Assembly: GCA_963769935.1 (NCBI GenBank) | Contig: CAVYNY010000038.1 | Span: 58,448 to 122,447, forward strand | From: an uncultured delta proteobacterium | Lineage (GTDB): Bacteria; Desulfobacterota; Desulfobacteria; Desulfobacterales; JAFDCJ01 | Direction of reading: 5' to 3' | DNA: 64,000 bases | Shown here: positions 59,749-64,000 of the stretch, one piece after another | Layout: each line of letters starts with the position of its first letter | Position numbering within the stretch: position 1 is the stretch's first letter | Program-made: the position numbers and the translations under genes | Notes under the pieces: generated by a model | What the model saw: only the letters and a program-made list of their open reading frames with translations | Told to the model about the DNA's origin: nothing | The model's database searches: none

Positions 59749-60261
59749 TTAGGGCAAGCCAAGTGCTTGTTTGTAATCGTTCGAAGAAAAACCGCCAATT
59801 TTTTTTCCGTTTATGATGGCAAACGGCACACCGCGGGTGCCACCTAATGCCCTCATCCTGGCAGCAGCTTTCCGGTCTTTCTCGACGTCATATTGACTGA
59901 AATTGATACGATTAGAACGTAAAAAAGCGATCGCTTGCTTACAATAGGGACACCAACTAGTAGTATATATTTCTACATCATCGGCATGGTTTAACTTGTC
60001 TTTGCTCTTATTATATGTATTTTCTTGAGGAATTTTTATTGGAATTGGCTTGGTTACAATTTGACGATTTGCCGAATCAGCGCCTGGCGCCGGGTAATCG
60101 GGTGTCTCTAAATTTTTTACATGTTGTTCAGAAGTTGGCGGATTGTCACTTATATGGCTTACCCCATCATGGTCCACCCAGATATATATTTTGGCCAATG
60201 CTTGGTTTGTCAAACAGAAGATAGAAACTATTAATGAGGCAGTGGCAAGTAAATTTTTCAT
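59749..60261 (-). CDS. Secreted DUF4124 + glutaredoxin (CPYC) protein
   Basis: Signal peptide, IYIWVDHDGVSHISDNPP, IYTTSWCPYC, GVP. Confidence 0.88.
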   Translation of the reverse strand: MKNLLATASLIVSIFCLTNQALAKIYIWVDHDGVSHISDNPPTSEQHVKNLETPDYPAPGADSANRQIVTKPIPIKIPQENTYNKSKDKLNHADDVEIYTTSWCPYCKQAIAFLRSNRINFSQYDVEKDRKAAARMRALGGTRGVPFAIINGKKIGGFSSNDYKQALGLP

Positions 60262-60559
60262 CTGGTCCTCGATTAGTGTCTGTAACAAAGGTTCTCGTCA
60301 CCTAGTACGAAGATTTATCTCCTGGTTATTGGGTGAATATGGAAACGGCTGCAAATTCGGGGGCAGCCTGCCAGAATCCCAGCTATCAATTTCTATAAGG
60401 TTAATGCAGACGCGATATGAATTCACTTTATCGTAAGTTTATATCGAGAGTCAAATCGAAATCAAAAGAAATGGGGTCTTGAGTTCCAAAAATTAAAAAT
60501 TCGGATTGCCAGACTCACCTCTTTGCATTCGCCTGCGCCAGGGTACTCTGGGCGAAAAG

Positions 60560-60746
60560 GGCTGTCAAATCATGATTAGTGATTAGCTGGCATTTTTAAT
60601 AACAAATCAAGACACGACCCCTTTCTTCTCCATACGTGATATAAAGCACCCCCATATACGATTCTCCGTGCACGGGCCATAGAATCTTTTTAGCAAAACT
60701 TCAATAAAGATTTCAACTTTTAATCACTAATCAAGATTTGACACCC
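60560..60746. repeat. Inverted repeat pair (REP-like)
   Basis: tgtcaaatcatgattagtgatta versus taatcactaatcaagatttgaca. Confidence 0.7.
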
Positions 60747-61083
60747 TACGATGATTCCACGCCACAAAAAAGAATCCGGCTGGCTTTCGAAAAACTGCCC
60801 GGTGTAATCTTTTTCAAAGAGCTGATGAATAACGGAGTACTTAACTTGTATTTCCAAAAACCTTACAGACCCAAAAGAGAATAAGATTGCTTCTTTTCTC
60901 TTCTTATTCCTTTTGCTAAATTGCCTAAAGACAATTGGTCTTTGTGGAGAAGTATTTCCTAAATCTTGCTGCTTTTTATCTTATTAAAAATTAGGCTTGC
61001 AAAATTATTAAAACTAAAGCACTTTACCTTCTTAACAACTTATTTTTTTCATGCTTCATCTGCAAATGATCCATCCTAATTGC

Positions 61084-61235
61084 GCCTAACTTAAAATCTC
61101 ACCGCGGGGTTCGCCGGGCATAAGTGGCGGGCGGGAGGAATACCGGCAAATATGAAAGCCACGGCAGTTGAATTTAAACAAGGTTGCTAAAATCCGCAAG
61201 ATTTTGCCCGTCCATCTTTATGCCTTCGTTATAAG
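61084..61235 (-). other. attC-like site of the HicBA cassette
   Basis: Plus strand GCCTAAC...gggcataa...tgccc..ttatgcc..GTTATAAG; its core is complementary to the cassette start at 61809. Confidence 0.55.
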
Positions 61236-61309
61236 ATGTCAACTTAATGGTTGATATAAGGAAAAATTTTAGCAACTTAAAAGACAATCGATAATAAATA
61301 TATCCGCAT

Positions 61310-61338
61310 TTGACACTGGTTAAAATAATGCGTAAAAT
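61310..61338 (+). promoter_or_regulatory. Sigma70 promoter of hicBA
   Basis: TTGACA-17 bp-TAAAAT. Confidence 0.75.
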
Positions 61339-61361
61339 GATTCAAAGTTTGGAGGTTCATC

Positions 61362-61598
61362 ATGATAAATTATACCGCAAAATACACAAAAATTGAATCC
61401 GGTTATCTTGGACAACTCATAGAATGGCCAGAAGTCGTTACCGAAGGTACAGATCTCGAAGATTGCCGCTCTATGCTTCGTGATGCGCTTAATGAGATGA
61501 TACTTGCGTATAAAAAGCTTGGTAAAGAAGTTCCATTAGGTAACGCACTCATTGAACAGCTCCCCGCAGAGGTCGAACATGTCGGTCAAGCGACGTGA
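61362..61598 (+). CDS. hicB: HicB-family antitoxin (short, no DNA-binding domain)
   Basis: YLGQLIEWPEVVTEGTDLEDCRSMLRDAL. Confidence 0.85.
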   Translation: MINYTAKYTKIESGYLGQLIEWPEVVTEGTDLEDCRSMLRDALNEMILAYKKLGKEVPLGNALIEQLPAEVEHVGQAT

Positions 61599-61767
61599 TT
61601 TAATCCGCTATTTGGAGAAAAATGGTTTCCACTTGCTAAGAGAAGGCGGTAAACATCCCATCTATACAAACGACAAGAAAGTAATTCCGATAAAAAGGCA
61701 CAAACAACTCGATAGAATTACAGCCAACGAACTCTGTAAACAGGCCGGGCTGGATCCGAAATTTTAG
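61579..61767 (+). CDS. hicA: HicA-family mRNA interferase toxin
   Basis: LEKNGFHLLREGGKH, IPIKRH, LCKQAGL. Confidence 0.88.
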   Translation: MSVKRRDLIRYLEKNGFHLLREGGKHPIYTNDKKVIPIKRHKQLDRITANELCKQAGLDPKF

Positions 61768-61809
61768 CCTTCCGTTTTCACAAACACACCCAACCTGATT
61801 TCCCCAACC

Positions 61810-61881
61810 TTATAACGTATTTCTCACCTGTCCGGTGTGGAGCGCAGCGGAACACCGGTCAGGTGCAGAAAATGGTTATAA
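61810..61881 (-). other. Canonical integron attC site (72 bp)
   Basis: TTATAAC-tttctcacctg-ccggtgt...acaccgg-caggtgcagaaa-GTTATAA with extrahelical bases; the CMD stop codon lies inside the inverse core. Confidence 0.85.
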
Positions 61882-62244
61882 ATTCGATTTATTTTTTTCT
61901 TTAAAATATTCCAAGGCCTTAAGGACGAAACGTGCATATGCTCCAGCTTGCCCCCCACCCATTTCGATTGCGACATCAATGGTTTCATAAATTTCCTCAT
62001 CTTTAGCTCCAGCTTGCATGGCTTGATCCAGGTGCCATTCCATACATGGTTCGCATTTAGTCACTATAGAAATTGAGAGAGCCATCAGCTCTTTTGTTTT
62101 TTTTGTTAACGCACCATCGCTAAAAGCCTTCTCTTCTAATTCCAGAAATGGCTTATAGGTTTTCACATTCTCAAGAAATGAAAGATGTAGCTTTTTTCTG
62201 TCCTTAATACTTTGATCAATTTTTTTAAAACTCAAATCATTCAT
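61876..62244 (-). CDS. Carboxymuconolactone decarboxylase/AhpD family protein (cassette gene)
   Basis: DGALTKKTKELMALSIS..KCEPCMEWH. Confidence 0.9.
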   Translation of the reverse strand: MNDLSFKKIDQSIKDRKKLHLSFLENVKTYKPFLELEEKAFSDGALTKKTKELMALSISIVTKCEPCMEWHLDQAMQAGAKDEEIYETIDVAIEMGGGQAGAYARFVLKALEYFKEKNKSNL

Positions 62245-62281
62245 CCGCAGCCCTCCACTTTTTTTACCTTTAACAGGGTTG

Positions 62282-62668
62282 TTATACACTGATCGAATCA
62301 TTGCCGATAGGATCTATTGCGGCAGTTTCGACCATCAGCATAACTGTTTTTTCAGGCGCTCGCGGGCGGTGCGCCGTGCCTTTCGATATCGTCACGCCCT
62401 GATGCGGATTTAACTCAATCGTCTTGTCTTTCAAGTCGATAAAGAGCTTGCCGCTCAATACAAAGAAAAACTCGTCGTCGTCTTCATGCGTATGCCAGTG
62501 GTACTCGCCTTCTACGATGCCAATTCTCGCAACGCTATCGTTTATACGTGTTAGTGTTTGGTTAAACCATTTGTCGTCACAATCATTGACAATGCTCGAA
62601 ATGTCAATCAGTTCTTGATGCTGAAATTTGACATCCATGAACTGGTTGTATTCATACTTCTTTTTCAT
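62282..62668 (-). CDS. Cupin domain protein (cassette gene)
   Basis: GEYHWHTHEDDDEFFFVLSG, GTAHRP. Confidence 0.9.
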   Translation of the reverse strand: MKKKYEYNQFMDVKFQHQELIDISSIVNDCDDKWFNQTLTRINDSVARIGIVEGEYHWHTHEDDDEFFFVLSGKLFIDLKDKTIELNPHQGVTISKGTAHRPRAPEKTVMLMVETAAIDPIGNDSISV

Positions 62669-62707
62669 GTCGACTCCTCCAAAAAATTAATCTCCTCTTG
62701 GTAAACT

Positions 62708-62835
62708 TATAACGACGTTGATGAGCAGGGCCGGATTAATTGCGTAATTGTTCAAATTAAAAATACAATTCCAAAGATTGTGCAACAGATTTAATACAAT
62801 CTGATTTTAGACATCTGCTCAATCATTTTGGGTGA
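62708..62835 (-). other. Degenerate attC-like site
   Basis: TTATAAC..tgatgagcag ... ctgctcaatca; the far core site has decayed. Confidence 0.5.
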
Positions 62836-63489
62836 TTTGTTGCTGCTTAGTCAATATATCAATACCCGTCCCCAACATTCCCCATTCAGTAAACTGGTCG
62901 CTGAAATATTTCTCAGTTAAGGAAGTCTCTCTGACACCTCCACTTTATTAAAATCAAAAAATGCCGTCAATAATTAAAAATTAAGATGCGACCTCCTTGT
63001 CATTCCCTCGCTTCCGCGCGGATCTTCACACTTACCCGTTGAAAGACCAGTTGATGATCACAGTAATAAGGCCAGTTGATGATCGGCGCAATGGAGCCAG
63101 GCGGTGGTCGATTTTTGAAATTTAGCGGCAGCTATTCATCGAAACTGCGAACCCAGGTCGGACCTAATCCATAAACTTAAGCCTTCTGACCGTTATGTGA
63201 TAGCTGTTCGCGTCATTCCGGCGAAGTCCGGAATCCAGTCTTTTCAATCTTCCCCGGTCTCCAGAGCTCGGCGAGAGATGACATCAGTTAAAAATATTTT
63301 TCTTAAGTTGACGGCATTAGGTCCGACCCAATATCGCACAGGAGCGTCTATGCGGGCTTTTCGAGGCATGTCCAGCATGGATCAAATAAATCCAATTTTG
63401 TAAACCGTAAATCCGAGGAACGTCCCCTATATCCCCCCACACAAGTGGCAGTCGCCACTTTGCGCACTTTACTGGAATTTGGTGATACA

Positions 63490-64000
63490 GTTCGTGGCTT
63501 CTGAGTGCCTCCTGTAGTTCTTCCCAGTAAAACGTCATACCCGGCTTCACCTTCCCTGCAGTGGGTCGCTTGGGCCTCACTTCCCCACCTTACCGGTCAG
63601 CCATACTGCGCCGACCATCGGTACTATGATCCGCTAAGACTGCCGAAAGCCCATCTCGGGTTCGTTCGCTCGTCGCTATCCTCCCCCGGTACCTCGTATC
63701 GCTCCTCTTATTCGTATATCACTGAAGAACTGGTGCTTTCTCCTCAGCGCCTGGATTTTCCCCGGTTCGCCGCCGGGTGGCATCCCTGCCATCATTGTAC
63801 AAGGAGACAATTCGGCCCTCCCCAGTTCCCGAGTTACCCCTTTGAACACATGCCCTGGTCTCAGACCCCGACGGTACCACGGACACTCGCCATTTCGCGC
63901 CCGGGGCTGCTGCCTTCCGCTCCACTGGAAAGCGTCGGCTTTCATTCTGCGCAGCAGAATTTATCCTAACGGACCGCAACTATACATTTTTCGGGGCTCA
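63490..64000 (-). mobile_element. Group II intron 5' ribozyme region without RT ORF (remnant; continues past the right edge)
   Basis: Antisense tracts that I recognise as typical of bacterial group II intron domains I-III (ggtactatgatccgctaagactgcc, cccagttcccgagttacccc, ctgctgccttccg, ttcggggctca); an AGGAGG RBS followed by ACG and an early stop; no YADD ORF or domain V seen. Confidence 0.65.

Noticed and set aside
63505..63979. ORFs of 154, 89 and 86 aa at the right end
   Set aside because: No protein motifs; they overlap intron-like structured RNA sequence.
1..64000. rRNA, tRNA or selenoprotein (in-frame UGA) genes
   Set aside because: None recognised. The Mo-enzyme ORFs are continuous, and the broken genes are explained by frameshifts rather than UGA readthrough.

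Overview
Bacterial DNA, most likely from a Desulfobacterota-like anaerobe. This is inferred from a Desulfovibrio-type aldehyde oxidoreductase, the AT-rich spacers and the style of the intergenic repeats; no marker gene is present to confirm it. (1) 1-18 kb is a molybdoenzyme block: Mop-type aldehyde oxidoreductase with maturation-type genes, a three-subunit xanthine-oxidase-family enzyme followed by ThiF/ThiS, a 4-hydroxybenzoyl-CoA reductase-like hcrBCA-fdhD operon, and a divergent IclR plus CoA ligase. (2) 18-25 kb is a ~7 kb insert bracketed by a 489-bp near-identical direct repeat, carrying frameshifted tannase/MHETase-family and type-B carboxylesterase genes and a double TetR. (3) 25.6-40.6 kb is aromatic catabolism: O2-dependent pobA and pca(D')CHGB followed by a BKACE instead of pcaIJF, an acetylene-hydratase-clade Mo/W enzyme with DUF1566 and FeS partners, a PaaK-like ligase, a transmembrane-anchored reductive-dehalogenase-like gene and PaaI. 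(4) 40.6-53 kb holds signalling/envelope genes, two ExeA-like ATPases, an orphan TAXI protein and an ECF42-DGPF cluster with its cognate-looking promoter. (5) 53-64 kb is a decaying mobile region: IS remnants, an integron-like attC cassette array with no integrase in the window (methyltransferase-like, pentapeptide-TIR, HicBA, CMD, cupin), a MITE inserted in an attC, and a group II intron remnant. All calls come from motif recognition by eye; no database search was run.
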